Positions 37,080 to 49,390 of a stretch of 64,000 bases of DNA are shown here, in pieces. Source of the stretch: Octopus vulgaris (taxonomy: Eukaryota); assembly GCA_951406725.2 (NCBI GenBank), contig OX597831.1, positions 68,386,001-68,450,000 of the forward strand, given 5' to 3'. The translations under genes were made by a program, and so were the position numbers. Below the pieces are notes generated by a model, which saw only the letters and a program-made list of their open reading frames with translations, was not told where the DNA came from and ran no database searches. The first letter of the stretch is position 1. Each line of letters begins with the position of its first letter.

Positions 37080-37305
37080 CTGAAAGATTAAAATTAATCG
37101 AAGGGCATACTAAGTATGTCTACCTGCTGGAAATAACAGTCAAAACTCTTATTTAAATTGCCAAAATACACTGATAATAACTACAGAAATTGAATTCTCT
37201 AGTTATTGTCAGCGTATTTTGGCAATTTATATAAGAGTTTTGACTGTTATTTACAGCATGTGGACATATATTTAGTATGCCCTTTGATTAATTTTAATCC
37301 TTCAG
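37080..37305. repeat. ~225-bp imperfect palindrome (probable inverted PLE pLTR)
   Basis: CTGAAAGATTAAAATTAATCGAAGGGCATACTAA.. pairs with ..TTAGTATGCCCTTTGATTAATTTTAATCCTTCAG; centre ~37190. Confidence 0.85.
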
Positions 37306-37454
37306 TTATTTAATACTTGGGCGGGGGTTGCAATTGCCTGTATTATTGATTCTGTTATTATCATTTTTAAATTATTATACTAGATAATAATTGAGTCAAT
37401 ATCTTCGCAAATATTTTCCCCTGAATTATTTGCTCCGTATATATATATATGCAG

Positions 37455-37615
37455 TTCAAATTTATAGAAAACAAATGACAAAGACAGGTGAGGGAACAAT
37501 AAACAAGTGTATTAGTTTGATGCTCCAGAAGAATGGAAAAATCTTTGACATTTTGAGCCTATAATCTTCGACTGAAGGGGTTGAGAGGAAGAAAATGGGG
37601 GGAGAATTAAAAATG
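37455..37615 (-). mobile_element. Diverged copy of the short TA-embedded hammerhead element
   Basis: AAGACAGGTG..AAACAAGTGTATTAGT..TGACATTTTGAGCCTATAATCTTCGACTGAAG aligns with 14330-14430. Confidence 0.55.
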
Positions 37616-37946
37616 TGTAAGGGATTAATGGTTAAACATGATGAAATGACCGGCAGAAAGATGATGATTGAAAGGGAGATAATAACTATGATCCGACTGA
37701 ATTAGGGTGTGCAAGTGTATGTGCGTGTGTAAGAATGGTGTGTGTGAATGTCCCCATAATCTAGTGGTTTGGCAAAAGATACTGACAGAAAAAGTACCAG
37801 GCTTTAAAATAAATACTCGGGACAATTGGTTCAACTAAATCCTTCAAGGTAGTGTCCCAACATGCCTGCAGTCCAATGACTGAAACAAGTAAAAGATAAA
37901 AGATATAAATAAATATTATATATATATGTATATATGTATCCATGAA

Positions 37947-37987
<41 letters not shown>

Positions 37988-38079
37988 ACGCATGTATATG
38001 TATGTATATATATATATATACACCAGTAGATCCTGTCTCCTCTCATCACCCATGAACTTACCTGTAGCCAATACACATT

Positions 38080-38240
38080 CTTTATTTTCTCTCCTTGTTT
38101 CTTTCTGTGTTCCTTTCTGTGGAAGAGCGTAGGCTCGAAACATTAAAGACTTTTTAACTTCCCAAGCATTATACTAATAGATCTGAGTTTTTTTGTCTAC
38201 ACCACCGATCTTCGTCTTTTTTTTTGTGAATTCTCCCTAT
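38080..38240 (+). mobile_element. Short (TA)n-associated element with hammerhead-like motif
   Basis: CTTT-CTGTGGA-A-GAGC-gtag-GCTC-GAAAC-ATT-AAAG at ~38113-38148. Confidence 0.7.
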
Positions 38241-38619
38241 ACATTTATATATACAGTGGATTACCCATATAAAGAAGAAAATTAAACTCATATAGTAAGT
38301 TAAAATTTGATTAACAAACTATGAACAGACTAAACATGTGTATAAGTGACTGATAGGGTATATATGGATAGTATATTAAATGAACAAATTGTATAGAAAA
38401 CAGTTTTTCTGAAGAAAACCATATTCAGCTATTGAGCTGAAATTTGAACAGTGAATGAACAAACTAGATATGCATATATATCACTGGGAAAGCATATACA
38501 AATGGTTAATTAATGTCTATCTATGCATTTCTTGTAGCCTGTAAATTTTCAAATATTAAATAGAAAATATTTCTCATATTTTTCACTAAAAATATTTGAA
38601 GCATCATTATTTTCTATAT

Positions 38620-39325
38620 AATATAGAAAATCAATTACTACAGGAAGAAATAATTTGTAAACATGAAAATGGAACAATTGTTAGTAACCAGAGTGGCAGG
38701 ATCAACAATCTGTACCATACTAAAAAAAACAAGTATAAGTTTAAAAAGTGTTCAAGTAGCTAAGGAAATAACCAAACTTAGTAAATCACCGCTCAATTTT
38801 ATTGAAGAGATAAAAACTTTATTTTTGGTATGGATTGAAGAAAAAGAAGTTACTTCTGATAGTGTAAGTGAATCGATAATTCGTGCAAAAACCAAACAGT
38901 TGTTTGATCTTAGAGTGAATTTCCCCAGTGGAAGTGATACTACAGTGCTGGATTTTCTTGCTTCAAATAGTTGGTTAACAAGATTCCCAAAAAGAAATGG
39001 ATTACATAGTATTGTGAGGCATTGTGAGTTCATGAATATCACACTGTGTTTTTAAACAGTATTTAGAAGGGTGGGTTTGTTTTACAGCTGCTGTTCAGCT
39101 GTGTCAAGGCAAGGCTTCTTTGGAAGAAGATACTTAGTAGAACACATATAACAAAAGAGGTGAGATCAGTATCAGGTCAGAAGCCTGTGAAAGACCAGCT
39201 AATCTTTGTATGAATACTTTTGGAGGCTGTAAAGTAAAACCTCTTCTTGTCTGTCATTCAGATAACCTCAGAGTATTCAAAATCATATATAAGAATTGTC
39301 TGAAAGTATGATATAATCTGTCATG
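38620..39325 (+). pseudogene. Tigger/pogo (TIGD1-like) transposase fossil
   Basis: STICTILK, LVWIEEK..DSVSESIIRAK, FLASNSWLTRF..R.GLHSIVRH (CENP-B-type HTH), then broken DDE motifs LLWKKI.SRT.ITKE, KPVKDQL, GCKVKPLLV.H. Confidence 0.85.
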
Positions 39326-39356
39326 TCATACTTGCTTTTGAGAAGTGGCTATTATG

Positions 39357-39465
<109 letters not shown>

Positions 39466-39466
39466 G

Positions 39467-39812
39467 TACAATTATAAATAATGGCAAAAGAAAAAATTTT
39501 CTTTGCCAATATGCTGAAAAATAGATGCTAAATTGTCTAACCACATACAATATTTTCACTTATATTATTACACCACGTGTCCCTCACTGATGATGGAAAA
39601 ATCCTTTTGGGATTAATCCAGAAATCGAGACTGATTCAGGGATAATTGTATTTTTATAAATTTCTGTTAGCCTGTTTCCTCATTTCAACACGTGGTGTGA
39701 CAACATAAACAGCATAAGTGAAAATATTTTATGTGGTTGGACGATTTAGTGTCTATTTTTCAGCATATCGGCAAAGAAAATTTTTTTTATTTTGCCCTTA
39801 TTTATAATTGTA
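39467..39812. repeat. Inverted repeat (~115-bp arms) enclosing a hammerhead-like motif; adjacent to (TA)n/(TG)n
   Basis: Arms 39467-39580 and 39688-39812; spacer has CCCTCA-CTGATGA-TGGA..TCCA-GAAATC..GATTCAGGG. Confidence 0.85.
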
Positions 39813-40379
39813 TTTGTAATTTTCACTTTAAAAGGTATTTTTCATATGTTGGCCACTGATAAAATATTTTAATGAAATTTTATCCTTATCTTAGAAGTGT
39901 ATTTATGTAGATAGAGATATATGTACATGTGCATAAATATACACACACATATTTATCAATATTTCCAGTGCCTTGTGAAGCAATTTGGTAGATGGAAACT
40001 GAAAGAGGACTCTCATATATGGTTGTGTGTGTATGTGTGTGTCTGTGCGCGCGTGTGTGTGTAAATGTTTACAAAATTCCACTGAGATATGCGTAAGGAT
40101 TGTGTTGTCACCACTTGCAGTTCACCTAAATATGGTAAGATATTCTTCACGATTGTGCTGCAACTAATATAATTAGTTGAGAATTCTTTCTAATAAAGTC
40201 ATTCACTATTTCTGAACACATGGATATCTTTTCAATAAAAATCTCTTATTTGAAAAACAAACAAAGGTTAGTGACAGGAAGTTTGCCTGGCTTTAAATTG
40301 TTGCCTCAGTATTTGCTTCTGTCTAAGCCATGCTAGCAAGGAAGCCAAATGTAATAGGAAAACACATTATCATGTCAGA

Positions 40380-41820
40380 TAGAAGATATTATGGTGATGT
40401 TATCAGGAAAGTCTGAAGGTAGAAGCAATCAAGAAATGGATGAAGTGTTTGAGTCAAGAATGAGTACCTACCCACGCTTTCTAAATCGACATGAACTGGA
40501 TGATCTCACCATGGACTGAGGTCTCACCAAGTCAAGAGCTGAACTTTTAGCATCCAGGTTGAAGGAATGGAGTTCATTGGGAGAGAACTGCAAATCAACA
40601 GTGTACAGGAAATGACATGAGGAATTCGAAGTATACTTTGAAATTTTTGAAGATCTCTGTTTCTGTAAAGAAATAAATGGCTTGTTTGAAACTATTGGAA
40701 TTGCTCATGGCTCAAAAGAATAGCAACTTTTCACAGACTGCTCAGCAAGAAACCTCAAATCTGTTTTACTGCACAATGGAAATCAGTATCCAACTCTGCC
40801 TATCGCATACTCTGTACAGATGAAGGAAGAATATGAAGATGCCAAAAGGTTTCTCCAGAAAATAAACTGTGGACTATAAGTGGGATGTTTATGGTGATTT
40901 TAAGGCTTGTCTTTCTGCTTGGATTGCAGGGTGAATACACAAAATATTTATGCTTTCTTTGCCTATGGGACAGAACATTACTGGAAGGTTTGGTCAAAGG
41001 GTTTGTGAAGGCCTAAGATCATGATGAAGAAACCTTTCTAAAAATTCGTTTACTCATTCCAAAGTTATCTGAGGCAAAGGTTAAAGGTAGGATTTTTACT
41101 AGAACACAAATAAGGACAGAGAAACTTGAAAAAGCAATGAGTGATGTTAAAAGAGAGGCATGGTGTGCATTTCATGGCATAATTCATGTTTTCCTTGGCA
41201 GCAACAAAGATCCCAACTACAAGCAGCTGGTGGCAAAGCTTATTGAGTTTTAAGAACTTAGTCTATGAAATGTCCTTAAAGGTACACTTTTTGCATTCAC
41301 ATTTTAACTTCTTTTCTGAAAAATTGGGTCACATCAGTGATGAGCATGGTGAGAAATTCTGTCAGGAATGGAGAAGAGATATCAAGGAAGTTGGACACTG
41401 TCATTATGGTAGACTATATATGGTCGCTTGCCCATAAAGATAAAGGAGCTCACAATAGGAAAACACGATCTTTAATGCATATTTAGTGTAATCTCATTAT
41501 ATGTCTATTTACATTTTTTTTGTTTAGCTTAAAGTGAGACATAAAAAACTGATTATAAAAAATATTACTTGATTGACATTATCACACAATGTGAATAAAT
41601 TCAATGAAACACTACCACAAAAAAGTAATTTTTTCTTCCACTGTAAAACCAGGATTATTTCTTAAAATATCGACAGTAGACAAAATCTAAGGGTATTTAT
41701 GAAATCAGGAGAAAACAAACACCAAGATACATTGAAAAATTTAGAAAAACAAAATTGGTTTTACACATTGATATTAGTGAACTTTTTTCCACCCACTCCA
41801 AAATTCAAAACACAGTGCGC
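40380..41820 (+). pseudogene. Chapaev3-like DNA transposon fossil
   Basis: ELDDL..GLTKSRAELLASRLKEW, LKSVLLHNGNQYPTLPIAYS, GDFK..LLGLQGEYTKYLCFLCLWD, PKLSEAKVK..IF..QIR, MSLKVHFLHSH..ISDEHGEKF; stops, frameshifts and an internal deletion. Family assignment is from recalled motifs. Confidence 0.75.
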
Positions 41821-42199
41821 ATGTGTATTCATTTTCTTTTCTTTGCCATGATATGTTTAAAACTTGGAAGTAAAATATTTATATCTGAATCCTGGGGTCG
41901 ATTTGCTCGACTAAAGGCGGTGCTCCAGCATGGCCGCAGCCAAATGACTGAAACAAGTGAAAGAGTATATAAATATGCTGAGCCAAATCGAAACAGGACT
42001 TGTAATGTCCTCTTTGAACAATTTCAGTACTCTTGAGCAGATACAGTTTTGACCCAAAAGCTTGGAAAATTAATAGGCTGAAAGGATATTTTCAGGATAA
42101 TTGTTAGAGTTTGAAAGCATTTGATTGCTACAGACATAAATGATTGTTTTACTTTCTTTGGCAATATTGAAGCATGATAGAACCTTACATGTAATGCAT

Positions 42200-42350
42200 G
42201 CATGTAATTGTGAAGATATGGGACCACATCGATTTTTAAAGATAATAACCACATATAAGTTAAACAACATATACTGCACATTACTTTTCATGGTAGTTTC
42301 TGCTGAGAGACCTCTCAGCAAAGATTAAAGCTCAAAAAGATTTTGTGGAG
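42200..42350 (+). pseudogene. hAT transposase C-terminal fossil
   Basis: YCTLLFMVVSAERPLSK/LKL resembles the hAT dimerisation motif VASAERSFSKLKL. Confidence 0.5.
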
Positions 42351-42916
42351 TTCAGTGAAAAGAGTATTGAAACAAACTTGTTAAACATTGGCTTTAAATA
42401 AAAAAAAAATTCACAGCCCATCTTTTATCTTTAGAATTTAGAATTGTAAGAATTCTAAATTATGCATTATTGAACACTTGAAGGGAGTTCTTGACAGTGT
42501 GCTTTTATTTTCAACAATTTATCCAATTAAATGAACAGATGTTTACATTTTGTCTTTTCTCAAAATTACATTGCTGATTGCTGAAGGCCTTTTTTCTAGA
42601 GAAAATCTAACAAAAGAAATTAGCCATAGGTATCCTGGGGTTTATGTCGTAAATTAAAATGGAAAATAAATTGTCGAATTATTGATTATTTCTTAATAAG
42701 TTTCATCACCATAATCGTAATTTTCAAAAAATGTCTTTGTATAATTTTATTGAAAAAACATGAGGAAACGCATATGTGCAAATCTATACATGTGCAATAA
42801 TCTGACACTTTATTTTCAATGATATAATTCAATCCATAATCTCTAGGAAACCCTCAACTCTTTAAGCCATAACACTGGTGTAAAATCTTAAAATATTTCT
42901 AAAAATTGATAAAAGA

Positions 42917-43140
42917 TTTACTCTTTTACTCTTTTACTTGTTTCAGTCATTTGACTGCGGCCATGCTGGAGCATCGCCTTTAGTCGAAGAAATTGACCCC
43001 AGGACTTATTCTTTGTAAACCTACTACTTATTCTATCGGTCTCTTTTGCCGAACTGCCAAGTTACGGGGACGTGAACACACCAGCATCGATTGTCAAGTG
43101 ATGTTGGGGGACAAACACAGTCACACAAACATATACACAC

Positions 43141-43185
<45 letters not shown>

Positions 43186-43356
43186 CATATATACGACAGG
43201 CTTCTTTCAGTTTCCGTCTACCAAATCCACTCACAAGGCTTTGGTCGGCCTGAAGCTATAGAAGAAGACACTTGCCCAAGGTGCCATGCAGTGGGACTGA
43301 ACCCAGAACCATGTGGCTCATAAGCAAGCTACTTACCACACAGCCACTCCTGCGCC
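42917..43356 (-). mobile_element. Family B SINE (full-length)
   Basis: Reverse complement of 16160-16583. Confidence 0.9.
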
Positions 43357-43396
43357 CATATGCATATCTATCTATATCTATCTGTATGAATGCATC

Positions 43397-43690
43397 GCCA
43401 TCATCAGCATTTAATGTCCAAGTTCCATGCTGCTATGGGTTAGACAATTTGAGAGAATCCAATGCGTTGAAAGACTGCATTGCCCCCCCCACCCAATGTT
43501 TACTTTGGCATGTTTTTATGGCTGGATGCCTTTCCTAATACCAACCACTTTACAGTATATAGTTGGTGCTTTTTTTGTACCACCTGTACTACTGAGGTTG
43601 CCATGCAGTTTACAGAACTACAGCCCTGAGGGAGAGGGGTAGGGTAGGTTCTTGCTGAGGGATCTGCATGGCTACTCACATCTGGTATGG
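43397..43690 (-). mobile_element. Older RTE 3'UTR fragment
   Basis: CATCATCAGCATTTAATGTCC..TTCCATGCT..GGCTGGATGCC. Confidence 0.65.
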
Positions 43691-43778
43691 AGAAGGGGGT
43701 GCGAAAAAAGAGAGAATGATTGGTAGGAGCTAAATAATCGTATGTGTGTGTGTGTATATATATATTTATATATATATA

Positions 43779-43992
43779 TATCTGTAAAATAATATGTGAC
43801 AATTATTCAGTAGCCCCGATAAAACTCTGAGTTTCGGATGCCGAAGTGGAAATTCACAACACCATCTCTTTTGTTATCTGGCCATCTGAAAAACGAACCG
43901 AAGAGATGGTGTTGTGGATTTCCACTTTGGCATCAGAAACTCAGAGTTTTATCTTGGCTATTAAATAATTGTCACATATTATTTTACAGATA
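43779..43992. repeat. Inverted repeat (~95-bp arms), each arm carrying a hammerhead-like motif; embedded in (TA)n
   Basis: Arms 43779-43875 and 43896-43992; right arm reads CCGAAGA-GATG..CATC-A-GAAA-CTCAGAG-TT-TTATC. Confidence 0.85.
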
Positions 43993-44049
43993 AATTTCCT
44001 CTATTTACATAATATTGAGGTCTCTTTCTTTCTTTTGTTATCTTACCAA

Positions 44050-44104
<55 letters not shown>

Positions 44105-45436
44105 GAAATCTACATGGTCTTCCAAACAAAATAAAAAAAGAAAACAAAGAAAAAACACACTTTCAACACTTTAGTGGCATGTATATGATGTGTGGTGAAT
44201 TTATAGAAAGAAATTCCATAAAACTCATCAGTTTAGTTAAAAATGGAGAAGACAAGTTGTTAAAATATATAAGAGAATTTTAATTCATGCAAACAATCGA
44301 TTCATACAAAGATATAAAAATATTGCAAATTCATGATTGAATTGAATTAAATTAAATTAATTAAATAAATTAATCAATTATATGTCAACGTACTCTTCAG
44401 TGCAGGAAGTATAAACAAAATTTTTACAATGAACTTGAGAAAGGAAATAGCAAAAGAATAGAATCTAGGAGATTCATATTTATCCTTATGAGAAAGAGAT
44501 GTGAGTCAAGTTAGACATTAACTATTATATTTCTTACTTGAATAACCTGTAAAGGTTAGCAACAGGGAGAGCATTTGACTGTAAACAGTGCCTGGATAAT
44601 ATATTTATCTAACCCATGCAAGCATAGCATCAATGGACATTAAATAAATAAGTGTGTATATATGCATTTATACATGTATGTATGTATGTATCTATGTATG
44701 TATGTATGTATGTATGTACATCACTCATCTGACTCTTGAGTCCAGCTTTACTGAGGCAGGTTCTTGCACAGACACTGCATATCAGCATCATAGGAAGACC
44801 CTTCCCATCCGGAAGTGTAACAGTGATGCCCTTCCTGACATGCCTCCTTACTTTCTCGTGTGCAACTCGAGATTTTTAGTTGCCAATTCTGTACAAGACA
44901 TTGTAGATCTTTGGCTGGGCTAAAAAGTCAAATTCGATCACAGCACCAGTAACAGTTAAGCTTCATGCAATGGCCTTACTCGATAACGAGGGGGCAGCCA
45001 TAATATATGTCTGTCTGTCTGTCTGTATGTATGTCATTATTCATTTTTATTTTTAAGAGCTCTTGCCAATAAAAAAAGACCCAGTTTCTAACCTAGATCC
45101 AAGGCTCCTTAGAATTTCAACATCAACAAAAGGGTATTTTTATTTGTATGTATGTATGTATGTGTGAATATATTTGTGTGTGTGTGTGCATGTGATATAT
45201 GTGTCTGTGACAAAGGACCAAGACACCTGGCACCTTGCTCTATGCAAGAAGACCTGTTCTCCGCAGCAGAAGTGCTAATGTCACTCCTCATGCTAAAGAG
45301 GATTGTCCTGTGCTGGTGCCACGTAAAAAGTACCTGTGCTGGTATCATGTAAGAATGTCTGTGCTTGTGGCACCCCTGCATCAGGAAGTGCATCCAGTCA
45401 TAGAAATGAAGCCAAATCAGAATAGAAACTGGTTTT

Positions 45437-45667
45437 AAGGCGGCGAGCTGGCAGAATCGTTAGCACGCCGGGTGAAATGCTTAGCAGTATTTCGTCTGCC
45501 ACCACGTTCTGAGTTCAAATTCCACCGAGGTCGACTTTGCCTTTCATCCTTTTGGGGTCGATTAAATAAGTACCAGTTATGCACTGGGGTCGATATAATC
45601 GACTTAATCCGTTTATCTGTCCTTGTTTGTCCCCTCTATGTTTAGCCCCTTGTGGGCAGTAAAGAAA
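45437..45667 (+). mobile_element. Family A SINE
   Basis: Full-length match to 1217-1452; imperfect TSD AGAATAGAAA(C/T)TGGT. Confidence 0.9.
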
Positions 45668-46242
45668 GAAGAATAGAAATTGGTGCTGCTTTCCAGTTTG
45701 TCAGCTCTGGTTAAACTATTCAACCCATACCAGCATGGAAGACAGATATTGAAAGATGACGATGATCCTCCCACTCTCCCTCTCTCTCTCTCACTGGGTC
45801 TATCGCAGTTTCCATCAATCAAATTCAACCCATAGAATTAGTAGAAGTCACAGTAAAATTGAACTGAGATGATGTGATTGCAAAGTGAGCTTCTTGACTA
45901 CATTGTTTAACATAATATGGCCTACATAACCTCTATGCAAAGCACAGAGATAAATGGATATTATTTGCCTTACAGTTTCAGTCAACTGGCATTGACTCTA
46001 CTGATCAGCAGATTGAAAAGAAAAGATTAATAAGGTTTCTTGTTTCTTAGAAGAAATTTCTGTGTATGTGTGACTAATTAAATGAAACTGTCGTTTGAAT
46101 AATATAGTTAATCTTTTTTATTTTAATCTTACATATAAACATATCAGTCTGCAGACACTGCTAAGACAAGATTATCCTGAGCTCTTAAAAATTTTTTTTG
46201 TTATCACAGAATAAACAGTTATGATATATACATACATATGCT

Positions 46243-46403
46243 TAGGAGTGGCTGTGTGGTAAGTAGCTTGTTTACCAACCACATGGTTCCGGGTTCAGTC
46301 CCACTGCGTGGCACCTTGGCCAAGTGTCTTCTACTATAACCTCGGGCTGACCAAAGCCTTGGGAGTGGATTTGGTAGACGGAAACTGGAAGAAGCCCGTC
46401 GTA

Positions 46404-46446
<43 letters not shown>

Positions 46447-47185
46447 TTGTTTCAGTCATTTGACTGCGGCCATGCTGGAGCACCACCTTTAATCGAGCAA
46501 CTCGACCCCGGGACTTATTCTTTGTAAGCCCAGTACTTATTCTATCGGTCTCTTTTGCCGAACCACTAAGTGACGGGGACATTAATACACAGGGGGACAA
46601 ACACAGACACACAAACATACACGCACACACACACATATATATATGGTTCGGCAAAAGAGACCGATAGAATAAGTACTGGGCTTACAAAGAATAAGTCCCG
46701 GGGTCGAGTTGCTCGATTAAAGGTGGTGCTCCAGCATGGCCGCAGTCAAATGACTGAAACAAGTAAAGAAAGAGATATATATATTCTATTACTCTTTTAC
46801 TTGTTTCAGTCATGTGACTGTGGCCATGCTGGAGCACCACGTTTAGTTAAGCAAATCGACCCTAGGACTTTTCTTTGTAAGCCTAGTACTTATTCTATCA
46901 GCCTCTTTTGCCGAACCACTAAATTACGGGGACGTAAACACACCAGCGATGTTGGGGGAGTGGGTACAAACACAGACACACAAACATATACACACACATA
47001 CATATATATATACATATATACGACAGCCTTCTTTCAGTTTTCGTCTACCAAATCCGCTCACAAGGCTTTGGTCGGCCTGAGGCTATAGTAGAAGACACTT
47101 GCCCAAGGTGCCATGCAGTGGGACTGAACCCGGAATTATGTTGTTTGTAAGCAAGCTACTTACCCCACGGCCACTCCTATGCCTA
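46243..47185. mobile_element. Composite of family B SINEs: rearranged + copy with internal inversion-duplication, followed by a full - copy
   Basis: + head 46243-46402, inverted tail/middle 46445-46640, + tail 46645-46772, then - copy 46790-47185. Confidence 0.85.
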
Positions 47186-48087
47186 CATATACATATATAT
47201 ATATACACACACACACGTGTGTGTGTGTGTGTGTGTATATACCTGTATACATATAGAGAGAATTGCAGAAAGATATCTTTTACATACAAATATTATTTAC
47301 ATATTTCACTGTTATTGGACACTTTTATAAAAGGTTTTGTGTAAATGTATAAAGTAATTATGCTATTTTTATAACAAAATATTGGTATAGAGGATTTTAT
47401 TAATTCAACACATAAATATTTATATATCTTAAGCTGCCATAGAAAAACAATACAAACAGGATTCTTTTTTAGTATTATTATTCACATTTATATTTCAAAA
47501 TGTCATTTTTGTCTCTCTTTCACAAAATTTTAGTTTTTACTTTTTCAAATGCTTTATATATTAAACTACCTTGGTGGTTTTTATAGTTTCTTATATATAT
47601 GTATATAAGGAAATGTTGGCATATTTTGCATCTTTATTTGTTTTCATCAAAGTTGAATTTTTATTTAAATTTATTTTCACATAAAAAAATATATAGCATG
47701 GTGTATTCTTTGATTCTTTGTTCAGTATTGAAATTCATTTTCTTTATACTATGGCAATAATAGCAAAATGTCGAGTTATGGTTTAATATATTAAAGAATG
47801 AGTTTTATTCACGTCTCCAATATATTTGGATAGAAATAAATGTTTTTACAAATGGTTTCTTTCTTACAGAATATATAAAGTTACTTTCATCGTACTAATC
47901 CTGAGCTTCAGGATTCTGGCCAGAAGAAAATATTCATAGATCATTCTCTTTACTTATATAGTTGTTTCTTATTAAAAAAATACACCCTCACCAAAAAGAA
48001 AAAAATTCCATGTTGGTGAAGTTGATCTCTAGTTGATGAATTCTTATGATGGTGCTTTATGGTGTGAAGGCAATCCATTGAAGACTG

Positions 48088-48646
48088 CAAGCTGGCAGAA
48101 ACGTTAGCATGCCGGGCGAAATGAGTAGCCGTATTTCGTCTGCCGTTACGTTCTGAGTTCAAATTCCGCTGAGGTCGACTTTGGCTTTCATCGTTTCGGG
48201 GTCGATAAATTAAGTACCAGTTCACTGGGGTCGATGTAATCGACTTAATCCGTTTGTCTGTCCTTGTTTGTCCCCTCTGTGTTCAGCCCCTTGTGGGTAG
48301 TAAAGAAATAGGTATTTCGTCTGTCGTTACGTTCTGAGTTCAAATTCCGCTGAGTTCGACTTTGCTTTTCATCCTTTTGAGGTCGATAAATTAAGTACCA
48401 GTTACGCGCTGGGATCGATGTAATCGACTTAATCCGTTTGTCTGTTCTTGTTTGTCCCCTCTGTGTTTAGCCCCTTGCGGGTAGTAAAGAGATAGGTATT
48501 TTGTCTGCCGTTACGTTCTGAGTTCAAATTCCGCTGAGGTCGACTTTGCCTTTCATCCTTTCGGGGTCGATAAATTAAATACCACTTCACTGGGGGTCCT
48601 TGTTTGTCCCCTCTGTGTTTAGCCCCTTGTGGGTAGTAAAGAAATA
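48088..48646 (+). mobile_element. Family A SINE head-to-tail trimer
   Basis: One head, then units rejoining at GAAATAGGTATTTCGTCTG (48311) and GAGATAGGTATTTTGTCTG (48495). Confidence 0.9.
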
Positions 48647-48667
48647 TATTATCTGTTCAGCAGACAT

Positions 48668-48895
48668 TTAACCTTTTAGCAGTTGGATTATTCTGTCAAA
48701 TTTAATGCTTATTTAGTCAAATTGTCTTATATTAATCATGCATTATCTTGGGGCTTCAAGATTTTGATGAAGTGATTGTTCATTTTTAGAATAACTTTGT
48801 AGTGTAGGTGTGAGGAGATGGATCTGACTGGTTTAAACATTAAACAGGTAGAATATTTTGGCCAGTTCTGGCTGGTTTAAATGCTAAAGTGTTAA
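48668..48895. mobile_element. piggyBac-type MITE
   Basis: TTAA|CCTTTTAGCA ... TGCTAAAGTG|TTAA; same family as 35405-35598 in opposite orientation. Confidence 0.8.
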
Positions 48896-49065
48896 GCAAT
48901 GACCTAATGACATTCCTATTTTTTTTATTGTCCTTAATTTTTAAACAGTCAGGTATAATTTCAAGGAGACTTGGTCACTAATTTTAGAAGGTTCTATGAC
49001 TATGTAGAAACCCATGTATCTTGTTATTTTTAATATTGTCAAATGGAAATTGTAGTTAAGACACC

Positions 49066-49390
49066 CATGCCAGCGACACGTAAAAAGCATCGTCCAAATG
49101 TAGCAGATACTAGCGTCGACTGACTGGCATCTGTGTCAGTGACACGTAAAAGCACCAATCCAATCATGGCCGTTTGCCAGCCTGCTCTGGCTCCTGTGCT
49201 GGTGGCACGTAAAAAACACCCACTACACTCACGGAGTGGTTGGCATTAAGAAGGGCATCCAGCTGTAGAAACACTGCCAAATCAGACTAGAGCCTGGTGC
49301 AGCCTCCATGGCTTACCAGATCCCGGTCGAACCGTCCAACCCATGCTAGCATGGAAAACGGACGTTAAACGATGATGATGATGATGATGA
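49066..49390 (+). mobile_element. RTE 3'UTR fragment
   Basis: Ends CCAACCCATGCTAGCATGGAAAACGGACGTTAAAC(GAT)n. Confidence 0.88.

Noticed and set aside
47869-47940. Possible terminal exon IYKVTFIVLILSFRILARRKYS* after TTTCTTTCTTACAG
   Set aside because: Too short, and expected by chance in 64 kb of AT-rich DNA.
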